A DNA stretch of 64,000 nt from Octopus vulgaris (taxonomy: Eukaryota): assembly GCA_951406725.2 (NCBI GenBank), contig OX597829.1, positions 44,268,001 to 44,332,000 of the forward strand, given 5' to 3'. Under the pieces are notes generated by a model. The model did no database searches and had not been told where the DNA came from. It was given only the letters and a program-made list of their open reading frames with translations. This document shows positions 1 to 13,519 of the stretch, piece by piece. Position numbers and translations under genes: made by a program. The stretch's first letter is position 1; each line of letters opens with the position of its first letter.

Positions 1-42
1 CATACATACATACATACATACATACATACATACATACATACA

Positions 43-73
<31 letters not shown>

Positions 74-609
74 GAAGCGAGACTCATGAGTCTGGGCTAC
101 GTATACGTTACATACATGCAAAGCCATTCGGGAGAATGTGCGCCTGCAAATACACAAGCAGAGAATCCATACATATTACATGTACACATATGCATTCATT
201 TATTCTACCGAAGCAGTTAGTCTGGTTTATGTGTACTAATATCAAAGGCGTAACAGAACATTAAGAAATTAATTGAGTTTGACTAACCTTAAGATTATTT
301 TCACGTAGCCAAGGGCTGTTGCCATATGTTCAAACATTCAATGCTTTTGTTTAAACACTTATAGCCAACACCGTACTTATTCTATCAAACACAGAGACGT
401 CCATTTGACAACTCAGGGACATATACATGCATGCAGACCAAAAAAAATATTATTTTTTTTCTCAATGCCTCTGTGTGTGTGTGTGTTTGTCTGTTTGTCT
501 GTCTGTCAGTGTGTGTGTGTGTGTGTGTTGTGTGTGTGTGTGTGTATGTGAATGTACGCGTGCATGTGTGTATCTAGGTTCTCTCTCACACATAGACATA
601 TTCACACAG

Positions 610-646
<37 letters not shown>

Positions 647-787
647 TTTTTTGATTTGAAAACCCCACTAGAATGGGAGAAAGCGCTAATGATCTAAGTG
701 ATATGATATATATGTAAAAAATGTAATATATAAATAAATATCTGTAAATATAAACCATCCGATCTTCTGATTACCTCATTTCTTCTA

Positions 788-879
<92 letters not shown>

Positions 880-960
880 ATATAATCACGAAATGCAAGG
901 TGTTACTGGCAGTACAAATAGTACAGATAAATTATATTATTATTCTATTTTGTTACAATC

Positions 961-1250
961 TCTCTCTATCCGCTCAGTCGAAGTCGACTCTCGGTCATTC
1001 GTTGGATCAGTCAGTTCTATCCTGGGCCGCTTCCTTCAGACTGGCCATATCCATTCCGGTATCACTCCTGATGGTGTCAAGCCAGCGGGTTCTTGGTCGG
1101 CCTCTTCCTCTCTTGCCACTGACCATGCCGAGCATGATGTCCTTCTCCAGGGATTCTCTCCGCATAATATGACCGAAATATGCCAATCTACGATTGGTGA
1201 TCTCAGCTTCTAGCGACATTTTCGGCCTTACCTGCTTAAGAACTTCTCCA
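961..1250 (-). mobile_element. RTE-clade LINE 3' end fragment
   Basis: ORF 1007-1219(-) 'RRLAYFGHIMRRESLEKDIMLGMVSGKRGRGRPRTRWLDTI' matches the typical RTE/BovB ORF C-terminus; short 3' UTR ending in (GA)n. Confidence 0.85.
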
Positions 1251-1254
1251 GGTG

Positions 1255-1556
1255 TTGCTTAAGTAGTTGTCAATGACAATTGTTTGGGCCGTGTTGTGGT
1301 CAGTCTTTCAATGGCATTCACTATAGCAGCTGGTACTTTGGCTAGGTGTAGTGATTCTATCACCCATGAGTGGAGCACGGAGTCGAGCGCCTTCTCGTAG
1401 TCTAGCCGTATCGTTAAGAGTATACAGTGATGCTGCTGGGCTTCCTTAAGGACAGTTTTGTGGAGGAGGAGCTGTTCAGCACGGTCCCAGACTCCTTCTT
1501 TCCTTCTACCTGTTCATCAGTTATAACACCATTTGCTTGGCGGTGTTCTTGGAGAA
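1255..1556 (-). pseudogene. R4/Dong-like LINE reverse transcriptase fragment (frameshifted)
   Basis: Manual minus-strand translation gives 'ITDEQ..GKK..EQLLLHKTVLKEA...IRLDYEKALDSVLHSWVIESL', matching the non-LTR RT motif 'DYxKAFDSVPHSW'. Confidence 0.75.
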
Positions 1557-1569
1557 ACCTATTCAGACA

Positions 1570-2690
1570 ATGTATGTATGTATTCAGAATGTATGTATGC
1601 GTGTGTGTATGAATGTATGTATGTGTGTATGTATATATGTATGTATATATGTATGTGTATGTGTGTTTGTATGTATGTGTGTATGTATGTATGTGTATGT
1701 GTGTATGTATGTATGTATGTGTGTATGTACATATGTATGTGTGTGTGTATGTATGTATGTAAGTATGTATGCATGTATATGTATGTGTGTATGTATGTAT
1801 GTATGTATGTATGTATGTATGTATGTATGTATGTATGTTTGTATGTATTCAGAATGTATGTGTGTGTGTATGAATGTATGTATGTATGTGTGTATGTATG
1901 TATGTATGTTTGTACGTATGTTTGTATGCATATGTGCAGATTTGTATATTTTGCTTTATGTATGTATTCTCATGCGTATAGTTTCATATCTAGACATGCT
2001 TATATATATTTAAATATTAAACTTCCGGAAAGTTTTACAGATTTTTACAGTTCCGGTGATGGATTGGATCTGTAGCCTTCGAATTAGATTTCTTCTTTCT
2101 GGTTTTGAGAAGCCTGTTTGTATGTATGTATGTATGTATGTATGTATGTATGTATGTATGTATGTATGTATGTATGTATGTATGTATGTATGTATGTATG
2201 TATGTATGTACGTATGTATGTATGTATGTATGTTTGTTTGTATGTATGTATGTACGTATGTACGTATGTATGTATGTATGTACGTATGTGCGTATGTATG
2301 TATGTATGTTTGTTTGTTTGTTTGTATGAATGTATGTACGCATGTACGTATGTATGTATGTACGTATGTGTGTATGTATGTATGTATGTTTGTTTGTATG
2401 TATGTATGTACGTATGTGCGTGCGTATGTATGTATGTATGCATGTACATATGTACGTATGTGTGTGTATGTATGTACGTATATATATATGTGTGTGTGCA
2501 TGTATGTATGTATGTATATATGAATGTATGTATGAATGTATGTATGTATGTATTGTATGTATGTACGTATGTATATATATGTGTGTATGTATGTGTGTAT
2601 GTATGTATGTATGTATGTATGTTTGCATGTATGTATGTATGTACGTATGTATGTACATATGTATGAACGTACGTATGTATGTATGCATGC
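1570..2690. repeat. (TATG)n/(TG)n microsatellite field, interrupted at 1935-2116
   Basis: Direct reading of the sequence. Confidence 0.95.
1935..2116 (-). mobile_element. Extreme 3' end of an R4/Dong-like LINE embedded in (CATA)n
   Basis: Encodes 'GFSKPERRNLIRRLQIQSITGTVKICKTFRKFNI*' plus 3' UTR; clearly homologous to 37660-37880, the end of the RLE LINE at 37430-38410. Confidence 0.75.
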
Positions 2691-3264
2691 AAGTGCTACC
2701 GTTTAACTGTATATATATAAAAGATTTGTATAATGTATTCGCATAACTAATGAGAAAATGGTTCCAGCATTTTTTTCTTCTTATTCATTGATTCAACTCT
2801 TTGAAGTCAGCGAACATAAATCGTATGCCAGATTGTTCACCTGAGGAATTTAATAATGGCCTGAATGTTTTTTTGCCTAATTTATATCAAAGAAAAAGCA
2901 GCTCAAATAACTTTTTAATAATACGTCGTAATATACCATTTTTAATTAAGCCACATGTATAAACCGATTGTGAAGGAACATGTGTAATAATAGTGAATGC
3001 GAGTGAAGGTGTGTGTAAGCCGATGTTGATAACTAACGCAAATATTATGAAAGAATTACGCTGTTGCTTTTGGCCTTCTGGATACACCTACGCACGCACA
3101 CACTCCTCACACATACACACACACGCACAACACATATGCACACAATCCTACAAACGCTTACATATACATATACATACACACATATATATATATGTATGTA
3201 TATCTATATATCTATCTTTATATATATATCTTTATATATATATATATATTATATATATATATAT

Positions 3265-3386
<122 letters not shown>

Positions 3387-3422
3387 TTATGTATATATAT
3401 ATGTTTTCTTTCATTATTTTTC

Positions 3423-3660
3423 TTTTATTTCTTTCAGTCATTTGTCGGCGGCTATGGTGGAGCACCACCTAAAAGGGGTTTTAGTTGAACAAATCTTGCC
3501 CCTGAACTTATGTTTAAAGCCTAGTAGTTATTTTGTCGGTCTCTCTTTGCCGAACCGCTAGTTTACGGGGTCGTAAAATCACCGAAACCGGTTGTTAAGC
3601 GGTGGCGGAAGATAAATGCAGATACAAAGACACACGCGCATAAATACGCCCCCCCCACCA

Positions 3661-3697
<37 letters not shown>

Positions 3698-3860
3698 TAT
3701 ACTACGGGCTTCTTTCAGTTTCCGTCTATGAAATCCTCTCACAAGGCTTTGGTCGGCCCTAGGGTGGAAAAAACTTGCCCAAGTTGCCACGCAGTGGGAC
3801 TGAACACTGAACCATGTCGTTGGGACGTAAACTTCTTACCACGTAGTTATGTCTGCGCCT
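3423..3860 (-). mobile_element. SINE family A (tRNA-like head, CORE-like 'ccttgggcaagtg', internal microsatellite), diverged copy
   Basis: Homologous to the copies at 9208, 11978, 18865, 43263, 46855 and 52845. Confidence 0.85.
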
Positions 3861-3910
3861 ATTTATGTAAATATATATATATAATGGAGAGGGCGAGGTA
3901 TATAGAGACC

Positions 3911-4231
3911 GAGAAGAAGAAGAAGAAGAAGAAGAAGAAGAAGAAGAAGAAGAAGAAGAAGAAGAAGAAGAAAACAAAGAAGAAGAAGAAAAAGAAGAAG
4001 AAGAAGGAAAAGAAGAAGAAGAAGTATGAGAAGAAGAAGAAGAAGAAGTATGAGAAGAAGAAGAAGAAGAAGAAGGAGAAGGAGAAGTAGGAGAAGAAGA
4101 AGAAGAAGAAGAAGAAGAAGAAGAAAACAAAGAAGAAGAAGAAGAAGAAAACAAAGAAGAAGAAGAAGAAGAAAACAAAGAAGAAGAAGAAGAAGAAGAA
4201 GAAAGAAAAGAAGAAGAAGTAGGAGGAAAAG

Positions 4232-4263
<32 letters not shown>

Positions 4264-4381
4264 GGAGGAAAAGAAGAAGAAGAAGAAGAAGAAGAAGAAG
4301 AAGAAGAAGAAGAAGAAGAAGAAGAAGAAGAAGAAGAAGAAGAAGAAGAAGAAGAAGAAGAAGAAGAAGAAGAAGAAGAAG

Positions 4382-4413
<32 letters not shown>

Positions 4414-4660
4414 GGAGGAGAAGAAGAAGAAAACAGAGAAGAAGAAGAAGAAGAAGAAGAAGGAGGAGAAGAAGAAGAAGAAGAAGAAGAAGAAGAAGAA
4501 GAAGAAGAAGGAGAAAGAAGAAGAAGAAGAAAGAAGAAGAAGAGGAAGAAAAAGAAGAAGAGGAAGAAAAAGAAGAAGAAGAAGAAAAAAGAAGAAGAAG
4601 AAGAAAAAAGAAGAAGAAAGAAGAAGAAGAAGAAGAAGAAGAAGAAGAAGAAGAAGAAGA
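3911..4660. repeat. (GAA)n trinucleotide tract, about 750 bp
   Basis: Direct reading of the sequence. Confidence 0.95.
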
Positions 4661-5033
4661 AATGTGTATTAATATTAATATATAATGAAGGATGAATAAA
4701 CTCAAGATGAAAGTCGAATTTATATCGGGCATCAATTAACTAATTTAAATTCCTCTCACACATTATTGGCTGAATGATAATAAGTTCATAAGAATATTTA
4801 CGATGTCGCGTGGTGTTTTAGTAACCATTTGTATTGTTATAGCATTACTTTATCAGTAACCTAGGGTCCGAAACAATATATCTCTTGTGGGACTCATGAT
4901 TAGTAATCAAATATCTTGACTCTTAGATTTCGTAGTTTGAGTGGTGTGAAAGCACGACCTTGCCGACGCCGTGTATTATCATAACAGGAATATTTACATA
5001 ATCTGGGTTCGATGAATTCAACTTGCACACACG

Positions 5034-5064
<31 letters not shown>

Positions 5065-5410
5065 ACATACCACCACCACCACCATACACACAAAAAAATT
5101 GTTGGTCTTTAGCCAGAAATTAAAACTAATTATTACATAACTTAAGATGGCGAACTGACGGATTCTCTAGCGCTTAGAATAAAATTCTTATCAGCACTTA
5201 ATCTGTTTCTACGTTCTGGGCCAAATTCCGCCGAGGTCCAATTCACCTCTTATTCTTTCTGGGGTCGATAAAATAAGTCCCAATTCTGTGCTGAGGTCGA
5301 TGAAATCGACTTACACCTTTCTCTAATTTGCTGATCTTGAGCTAAAATTCAAAATGAAATTTAAAGCTAATATCTACATACTCTAAGGAAGTGAACTGGT
5401 GGAATGTCTC

Positions 5411-5815
5411 AGCGGCAAGCTGGTAGAAACGTTAGCACGCCGGGCGAAATGCTTAGCGGTTCTGGGTTCAAATTCCGCCGAGGTCGACTTTGCCTTTCAT
5501 CCTTTCGGGGTCGATAAATTAAGTACCAGTTACGCACTGGGATCGACATAATCGACTTAATACCTATGTCTGTCCTTGTTTGTCCCCTCTGTGTTTGGCC
5601 CCTTGTGGGTAATAAAGAAATAGGTATTTCGTCTGTCTTTATGTTCTGAGTTCAAATTCCGCTGAGATTGACTTTGTCTTTCATCCTTTCGGGATCGATA
5701 AATTAAGTACCATTTACGCACTGGGTTCGATGTAATCGACTTAATACCTATGTCTGTCCTTGTTTGTCCCTCTGTGTTTAGCCCCTTGTGGGTAATAAAG
5801 AAATAGGAATGTCTC
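5411..5815 (+). mobile_element. SINE family B (Meta-like domain 'gactttgcctttcatcctttcggggtcgataaattaagtacc'), partial tandem dimer
   Basis: Many homologous copies in the window; the body is repeated twice here. An older diverged copy lies at about 5145-5320. Confidence 0.85.
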
Positions 5816-6229
5816 AGCGGTATTTCTTCCAGCTTTTTACTCGCTGATCTCAAATGCGACCCAAATCTATTTTGCGCTTCATCGACAAACTTTCCTACAT
5901 ACACAAACAGTTTTGTCACCCACACACCCTACAGTGCTTAAAAACTTGATTGCTAACATTAGCAACAGAATATCTAACTTCATTTTCTCTAATGAAATAT
6001 TTGAAAAGGCACCCCTCCCCCGTACTACAACAATGCCCTAGCCAATAGTAGGTCTAATAATTAAATAATTTACCACCCCTCTAGTTATAATACGAATAAC
6101 AAAAATAGACTGAAACAGTGACCTAAGAGAAGAATTTGGTTCGCCCCTTTCCCCTTTTCCCATAATATTAAAACCAGCAAAGGTAAAAGATTCCTGTCTC
6201 TCAGACATTTTCCCGTATTTCACAGCTAC

Positions 6230-7270
6230 AGAAAAACATACAGGTGCTCAGTCAAATTATAGTTGCTGTCCCGAAATGAAGAGCATCATTACACGCAAAC
6301 AGTGCCAACAATCTACTCTCAGTTATAACTGTCGAGACCGAGGAATCTCTCCACTCGACCAGGAGTGCATGATTGAATACGTTATGTATGAGGCAGAAGT
6401 TACAACAACGCTAGAGGATAACATGCCCGAAAAGAAGAGCTACATCGTACTATATGAAGGCAACTTCAAAAATCGCTATGCTAACCTCAACCTTACTTCC
6501 GACACAGAGACAAAGGTAAAACCTCTAAGTTGGCTAAACACTTATTGGGTTAGAAGTCTAATGCCACATCAAATACAATCAAATGGAAAATAGTTGAAAA
6601 GACCAGACCATATGTCATCGGATAAAAAAACATGAAAAGTATATAGCGGAATGATCACAGGTCTTCTTCGGACCTAATACTTTCACCACACAGTTGAATT
6701 CCAGATAGGAAATTTTTCCGCGGATGTAAACATATGAATAAATTCCTGTTGGCGAACTGGAAAATATCACCTTCTCTAGATTGAGAAGCTATACCGTAGA
6801 CTCTAAGTGGAGGCATATGGCCTAGTGGTTAGAGCAGCGGACTTGCGGTCAAGGGATTGCGGGTTCGAATCTCAGACCGGGCGATGTGTGTATTTATGAG
6901 CGAAAGACCTAAGCTCCACGCGGCTCCGGCAGAAGGTAATGGCGAACTTCTGCTGACTCTTTCGCCACAACTTTCTCTCACTCTTTCCTTCTGCATCTTG
7001 CAGCTCACCTGCGACGGACCGGCGTCCCGTCCAGGTGGGGAACCTATACGCCAAGGAAACCTGGAAACCGGCCCTTATGAGCCAGGCGTGGTTCGACAAG
7101 GAACAACCATAGACTCTAGGCCCATATCTAATAACTCCACCACACTGTTAAATTCCAGATAAGAAATTTTTCCGCGGATGTAAACATATTAATAAATTCC
7201 TGTTGGCGAAGTGGAAAGTACCACCTTCTCTGAATTGAGCAGCTGCACCGTAGACTCTAGGCCCACAACT
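6230..7270 (+). pseudogene. Degenerate Naiad-type PLE GIY-YIG endonuclease remnant, interrupted by a SINE
   Basis: 'NCRDRGISPLDQECMIEYVMYEAEV...KKSYIVLYEGNFKNRYAN', then 'IKWKIVEKTRPY' and 'LNSR.EIF..CKH.NKFLL' after frameshifts; aligns by eye with ORF 41929-42834. Confidence 0.75.
6806..7105 (+). mobile_element. tRNA-derived SINE (head type 1 + V-like tail) with 13-bp target-site duplication (TSD)
   Basis: A box 'tggcctagtgg', B box 'ggttcgaatc'; TSD accgtagactcta (6793-6805) / accatagactcta (7106-7118). Confidence 0.85.
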
Positions 7271-7888
7271 ATTCCGCCTTATGACTTTACGTCCAAAGGG
7301 AAGATAATTTTTAATGCCGGCATTCTTCTTTTTCTTTTCTTTTTTTATGGGGGTGCTGGTGTTTTAAACTTTCCACCTTTTACTTCTACTTTCTTCTTAC
7401 CTTTTCTCGTGTATTCTCTTGTTCTATCGTCCTGTTTTAGCTTCTTGTGTCACGTGGCTAGAGTCCGAGGATTGCTTGAAAGTAGCAGATGTGCTATAAA
7501 ATGTTATTTTAATTGTCTCCATCGCATGAGACTATTACTAGCTCACTAAAAATATACTTTGTTTATTAATTGATATTTACCTCTCACTAGATGCAGCGCT
7601 TTTTTGTTGCTCTTACCTTCACGGAATTGTACACTACATATATATGAAAATATTTTTTTGTTTCATTACGAATATATAAAATGTATCAGATGAAATTACA
7701 GAAGATATTGTTTTTTGGGCCAATCCGACGAGTTTCTGCTACACGGAATAAATCTAATATACGTGTTACCTCCAAATCATTCATGTACTGGGGAAGATGT
7801 ATATATTTACACACACACATAGACGCGCATACAAAAAAAAACGCACTAACATATGTATATATATAACAAATATATAACGAATTTGCTA

Positions 7889-8253
7889 TTCTTTTATTTG
7901 TTTCAGTCGTTTGACTGCGGCTATGCTGGAGCACCGCATGTTAGTCGAACAAACCAATTCCAGGATTTATTCTTTGTCAGCCTAGTACTTATTCTATCGG
8001 TATCTTTTGCCGAACCGCTAGATTACGGGGACCTAAACACACCAGCATCGGTTGCTAGACACACAAACACGCACGCACACACACACGCACACATACATAT
8101 ACGACAGGCTTCTTTCAGTTTCCGTCTACTAAATCCACTCACAAGGCTTTGGTCGGGCCAAGGGTATTGTAAAAGACACTTACCGAAGGTGCTAAGCAGT
8201 GGGACTGAACCCTTGGTAAGCAAGCTAATTACCACATAGCCACTCCTGCACCT
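7889..8253 (-). mobile_element. SINE family A, internally deleted copy
   Basis: Homology to the other family A copies. Confidence 0.85.
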
Positions 8254-8354
8254 ATATATATATATATATATATATATACGTTAAATATAAGTATGTATGT
8301 ATGTATGTATGTATGTATGTATTTATGTATGTATGTATGTATGTATGTATGTAT

Positions 8355-8902
8355 GTGGTCACTTTCGAGTGCTACTGATAACATGTAACCCAGTACAACC
8401 TGTTGCATGGTCGGGTCGTCGGCGACTAAACCGGCCACCCCACCAATGTTGCTTGGTGAGGAGGGTGTTTATTGGACACCCTGCGGGATGAAAAACAAAA
8501 CCCGTCAAAAGGCGGAGGAACTCTTGAGAGCCAACGGCCATCCAATAAATGTCTTAAGGCTGTATCATGCGCGGGGACATAGAAATAATCGGACTGAATA
8601 CCCGATCGCGCGGTTAAACCATTGGGTGTGAAGGACTCCTAGCCTTTGTTAGGGCATCCTTCGAGGAGAAGGTAACTCCGGTAACTGGGATGACTCCGAC
8701 ATAAAACCTGCGGCTCAGTGGTTACCGATGATGTTGACTCGTTCTTCTTTTCGGATTATGGCTGCTGTTGCTTAGTCAGTGGGATTGACTCAGAGCACAG
8801 CCTTTCCTCACTTTAAAAACAATCTTGCACAGGCATTGCACGATAACAACATTGATTAAGCTTCGTGCAATGGCCATACTCGATAACGAGGGGGCAGCCA
8901 CC

Positions 8903-8903
<1 letters not shown>
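8355..8903 (+). mobile_element. GC-richer non-coding interspersed element with an RTE 5'-UTR-like motif
   Basis: About 550-bp block between (TATG)n and (TA)n; contains 'agggcatccttcgaggagaaggtaactc', which resembles the 'GGGCAACC..GAGAAGGAAAACTC' motif of RTE 5' UTRs. Confidence 0.45.
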
Positions 8904-8947
<44 letters not shown>

Positions 8948-9042
8948 TAATCCAAACATGAAAGCACAAAAAAAAACACAACGCGAGGATGTGGAACAAA
9001 TATAGTATTATCGGACGGTCAGGAAAGAAGGAAAGAAGGAGG

Positions 9043-9077
9043 GTTTAACGTTTCGAGCGGAGCTCTTCGTCGGAAAC
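9043..9077 (-). ncRNA. Minimal type-I hammerhead ribozyme (U4C core) in a short PLE-like end, about 8946-9142
   Basis: Minus strand: GUUU-CCGACGA-A-GAGC(ucc)GCUC-GAAAC-GUU-AAAC; stems I and II are perfect, stem III is the palindrome ACGU. Confidence 0.7.
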
Positions 9078-9207
9078 ATAGGAGAAGGAAAGATCCAGAG
9101 AAGGGAAGACAGGAAAAAAAATCGCCAACGGTACACACGCTGTATATATGCTTATATATATATGTTTATATATATACCTTGAATATATGTATGTATGTAT
9201 ATTCTCT

Positions 9208-9606
9208 CTCTTTTACTCTCTTTTACTTGTTTCAGTCATTTGACTGCGGCCATGCTGGAGCACCACCTTTAATCGAGCAACTCGACCCCGGGACTTATTC
9301 TTTATAAGCCCAGTACTTATTCTATCGGTTTCTTTTGCTGAACCGCAAAGTGACGGGGACATAAACACACCTGCATCGGTTGTCAAGCGATGCTAGGGGG
9401 ACAAACACAAACATACACGCACACACACATATACATACATATATACGACGGGCTTCTTTCAGTTTCCGTCTACCAAATCCACTCCCAAGGCTTTGGTCGG
9501 CCCGAGGCTATAGTAGAAGACACTTGCCCAAGGTGCCACGCAGTGGTACTAAACCCGGAACCATGTGGTTGGTTAGCAAGCTACTTACCACACAGCCACT
9601 CCTACG

Positions 9607-9609
<3 letters not shown>
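9208..9609 (-). mobile_element. SINE family A, full length
   Basis: Complete head-to-tail homology; 5' end abuts (TA)n. Confidence 0.9.
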
Positions 9610-9686
<77 letters not shown>

Positions 9687-10570
9687 CTAACCTTTTATAG
9701 AATATATGCAAAAATATATTACATTTTAAAGATCTGAAACGCGTCTCCTCCAAAATTTCACCAGCCTGTTGGATTTCTTTCGGGGGGTAAAAGCGGTTGC
9801 CCACTTAAGCCTCCTCATACAGCAGCAACAGGATTGCCTTTTGCCGAATTCATCCTCTTACGGGGTAGCGCTTTCTTCCGGGGGGTTACATGCACGTGTC
9901 TTTTATGCGTCGGTCATGTGTTGAAAACTGCATCTGTACAGGTTACGTATTCTGGGGTTCGGTATTAGCGGATTACCCCCGAACACGGGGGGGGGGGGGG
10001 CTCAGACTGCTATAAATAAACACATCATGCCGGTCTATTGTCGGTGACAAAGGGGACCTGCATCTCAACACATAAGTACCGCTGCTCTACGTAAGCAAGT
10101 TCCAAGAATAGAGAAAAAGAATAAAAGGTAAGATAGGCAAAGATTGCTTTTAGTTTTGGTTTTTTGTCTGATTTTTTTTTTTGTTTTGTATTGTTGTTTT
10201 TTTTTAGTTTTTTTTGTTTTTTTTGTTTTTTTTTTGTTTTGTATTGTTTTGTTTTTAGTTTTTTTTTGTTTTTTTTTTGAGTTTTTTTTTGTTGGTTTTT
10301 TTTTTTCTGCTGGCATTCTCTAAGCTGAACTCCTCATGATGTTCGCTTCACACAAACCGATTCGAGTGTTTTGTATGCCTCGTGTTTGTTTCCACAATGT
10401 AACCTCTTGAGAATAACACCGTTTTTCTCAATTCAGTATGAGATTGGACAAGCAAAGCCCGAGTAACCGCCCGAATTAAAATAATAAGAGAAAAATATAA
10501 AAAGAAAATAAAAATTAAGGTGCGCCTGTAACACAACCGTTGTTTGTATTTACAACACTCTGTGTGATTA

Positions 10571-10749
<179 letters not shown>

Positions 10750-11239
10750 ATCCGTGTGTTTGTCTGCAGATATAAGCATGTATGTACAAAAAACCACACA
10801 CACACACACACACTCACACGGAAATATAATTAATTTTTGCGATAAATACACACACAGTCACACACATATATATAAACATATGAATGCACACGCACCCCCC
10901 ACCCCCCGCCACATATACATACACACATATATACACATATAATTATACACATATCTGCACGCATATATACACATATAATTATACACACACACACACGCAC
11001 AAACATATAATTAATTTTTGTTATAAATATGCACATATTTATATATAAACATACCTACATATATGAGTGTACACCCCACTATACACACACGCCCATATTC
11101 TTAGTGATATTCAAAATATTTCATTTGGGCTGTTGAACACTACTTACCCTAGTCCAGCTTAATTCTAGTTATCAAATTTATTTCCTAAAATGCGATGAGG
11201 AAATCAATCTCATCGGGATTTTTTCGTTGTAGTCAGTAT

Positions 11240-11635
11240 TCTTTTCTACTCTAGGCACAAGACCCGAAAGTTTTGGGGTTAGGGGGCCAGTCGATTAGAT
11301 CGAACCCAGTGCACAGCTGGTACTTAATTTATCGACTCTGAAAGGATAAAAGGTAAAGTCGACCTCGGCGGAATTTGAACTCAGAACGTAACGGCAGGTA
11401 AAATACCGATTTCTTTACTACCCACAAGGGGCTAAACACAGAGAGGACAAACAAGGACAGGCACACGGATTAAGTCGATTATATCGACCCCAGTGCGTAA
11501 CTGGTACTTATTTAATTGACACCCGAAATGATGAAAGTCGACTTCGGCGAAATTTGAACTCAGAACGTAACGGCAGACGAAATACGGCTACGCATTTCGC
11601 CCGGCGTGCTAACGTTTATGCCATCTCGCCGCCTT
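11240..11635 (-). mobile_element. SINE family B, partial tandem dimer
   Basis: Reverse complement of family B with the body repeated; a further plus-strand fragment lies at about 11650-11790. Confidence 0.85.
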
Positions 11636-11891
11636 AAATTCGCCTGAGTCACAAATTCTGCCGAGGTCTTCTTTGCCTTTCATCCTTTCGGGATCGATAA
11701 ATTAAGTACCAGTTGTGTACTGGAGCCGATGTAATTATTTGCCCAATCATCGAAATTGTTGGCCTTGTACCGAAATTTGAAACTAATATTAAAATTTATT
11801 CAATATAAAGAGCAGTGGCTACAAAATTTGGTACAAGACCAGCAGTTTTTGCAGAGAGTTAAGTCGTTACAATCGATTCCACAACTTAATC

Positions 11892-12227
11892 CAGCGGTTC
11901 TTAACCTGGGGGTTGTTTGGGGTTTCTCTGGGGGTGCGAGGAAGGATTTGGAAGAAAGTAATTAATTTCATGTATCTAGGCGCAGGAGTGGCTGTGTGGT
12001 AAGTAGCTTGTTTACCAACCACATGGTTATGGGTTCAGTCCCACTAGGAGTGGCTGTGTGGTAAGTAGCTTGTTTACCACCCACATGGTTACGGGTTCAA
12101 TCCCACTGCGTGGCACCTTGGGCAAGTGTCTTCTACTATAGCCTCGGGCCGACCAAAGCCTTGTGAGTGGATTTGGTAGACGGAAACTGAAAGAAGCCCG
12201 TCGTATATATGTACATATATATATATA

Positions 12228-12270
<43 letters not shown>

Positions 12271-13110
12271 TTGTGTGTCTGTGTTTGTCCCCCTAGCATT
12301 GCTTGACAACCGATGCTGGTGTGCTTATGACCCCATTACTTAGCGGTTCGGCAAAAGAGACCGATAGAATAAGTACTGGGCTTACAAAGAATAAGTCCCG
12401 GGGTCGAGTTGCTCGATTAAAGGCGGTGCTCTAGCATGGCCGCAGTCAAATGACTGAAACAAGTAAAAGAGTAAAGAGTAAATAGTAAGGTATTGCACCG
12501 CAGCTGAATTGCTGTATTACAGTATCATGTATTACAGCTGCTAGTGATATTATGACTGTATGTGCTTCACTCCTGCTCTGTAGCTCCCAAGACACAACGT
12601 CTCACTTCAAATGACAACTATCCTGGATTCTATGCCGGAAGTTGAATGCAGTTTCCGCGAAGAGATCGCAGCTTATCTTTTGGCAGTGAATGACGCCATC
12701 GAAAGATACTTCCCAGGATTGGATGATTGGTGTACTGATGCGTGGATCTGCAGAACGTTTCCAGTGAAGGACACTGCCATCTGTGTGATACTGATATTGC
12801 TGCGAAGATAGAATACTTTCCAATTTGTGACGATACTCAGTTGAAAGTCGATTTTTCTGAACAAGAGCTTCCGATAATTTGGGCGAAACTGAAGGACGGC
12901 TATCCTCTTCTTTCGATGCTTGCACTTACCATGCTGATCCAGCCACGCCCAACCTATCGCTGCGAGGCTGTATTCTCAGCAATGACGGCACTAAAAACGA
13001 AGACACGCATTAGGCTTGTGACTGACGTCGACATGAGGTGCTGTCTGTCGAGCACTGCTCCTCGCTTTGATTTACACATGGCTGCAAAACAATATCGACT
13101 CTCCCACTGA
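11892..13110 (+). mobile_element. hAT (Charlie/Buster-type) DNA transposon remnant: putative left TIR and transposase C-terminus, interrupted by SINE A
   Basis: 'cagcggttcttaacctggggg' at 11892 resembles a Charlie TIR; ORF 12742-13110 'W...YPLLS..AL..L....TYRCEAVFSAM..LKTK.R.RL...DMR..LS...PRFD....KQ...SH' is the hAT dimerisation domain. That the TIR and ORF belong to one element is inferred. Confidence 0.75.
11978..12480 (+). mobile_element. SINE family A with a tandemly duplicated ~62-bp head segment
   Basis: 'aggagtggctgtgtggtaagtagcttgtttacc...cccact' occurs twice (about 11984 and 12046). Confidence 0.9.
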
Positions 13111-13519
13111 GTGAATAAACAGGTTTTGTATGATGTTCTGTAGTTCCATGCAATTTTTAGCACTTGTAGCATTTTTCAAGATCTCTTATTTGTAATATTT
13201 TCAAAAAATTGTGATCCTCTTATAGTTTTGTTTTATCCTACCTTTACGCAAAGTTCATCATTACACAATTTGCTATAGAGACCACAATGACACTCTAGAG
13301 AATCACAGAGAATAAAACGATAAAAATGCTTAAGATATATTGACTTAATTGGTATCAATTTTATTCACTCTAAAATAATGAAAAGCAAAGTCAGCCTCGG
13401 CAGAATTTGAACTCAGAACGTTACAGCGCCGGAAGAAATGCTGCCAAGCAGGTTGCCCGATGCAGCAATGACTTTGCCTGTCCGCCCTATTGTTTAGAAA
13501 TAATAATACTAGATTATAA

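Noticed and set aside
4800-4860. Minus-strand CUGAUAA-AGUAA..UUACU-AAAAC
   Set aside because: Two core mismatches and no matching stem I or cleavage triplet; could be chance in AT-rich DNA.
6806-6885. tRNA-like sequences with A and B boxes (also near 21620-21700 and in SINE A/B heads)
   Set aside because: They are heads of multi-copy SINEs with TSDs, not tRNA genes.
7720-7780. Minus-strand GAAAC-uc-GUC with an upstream hairpin
   Set aside because: The CUGANGA strand is missing or unrecognisable.
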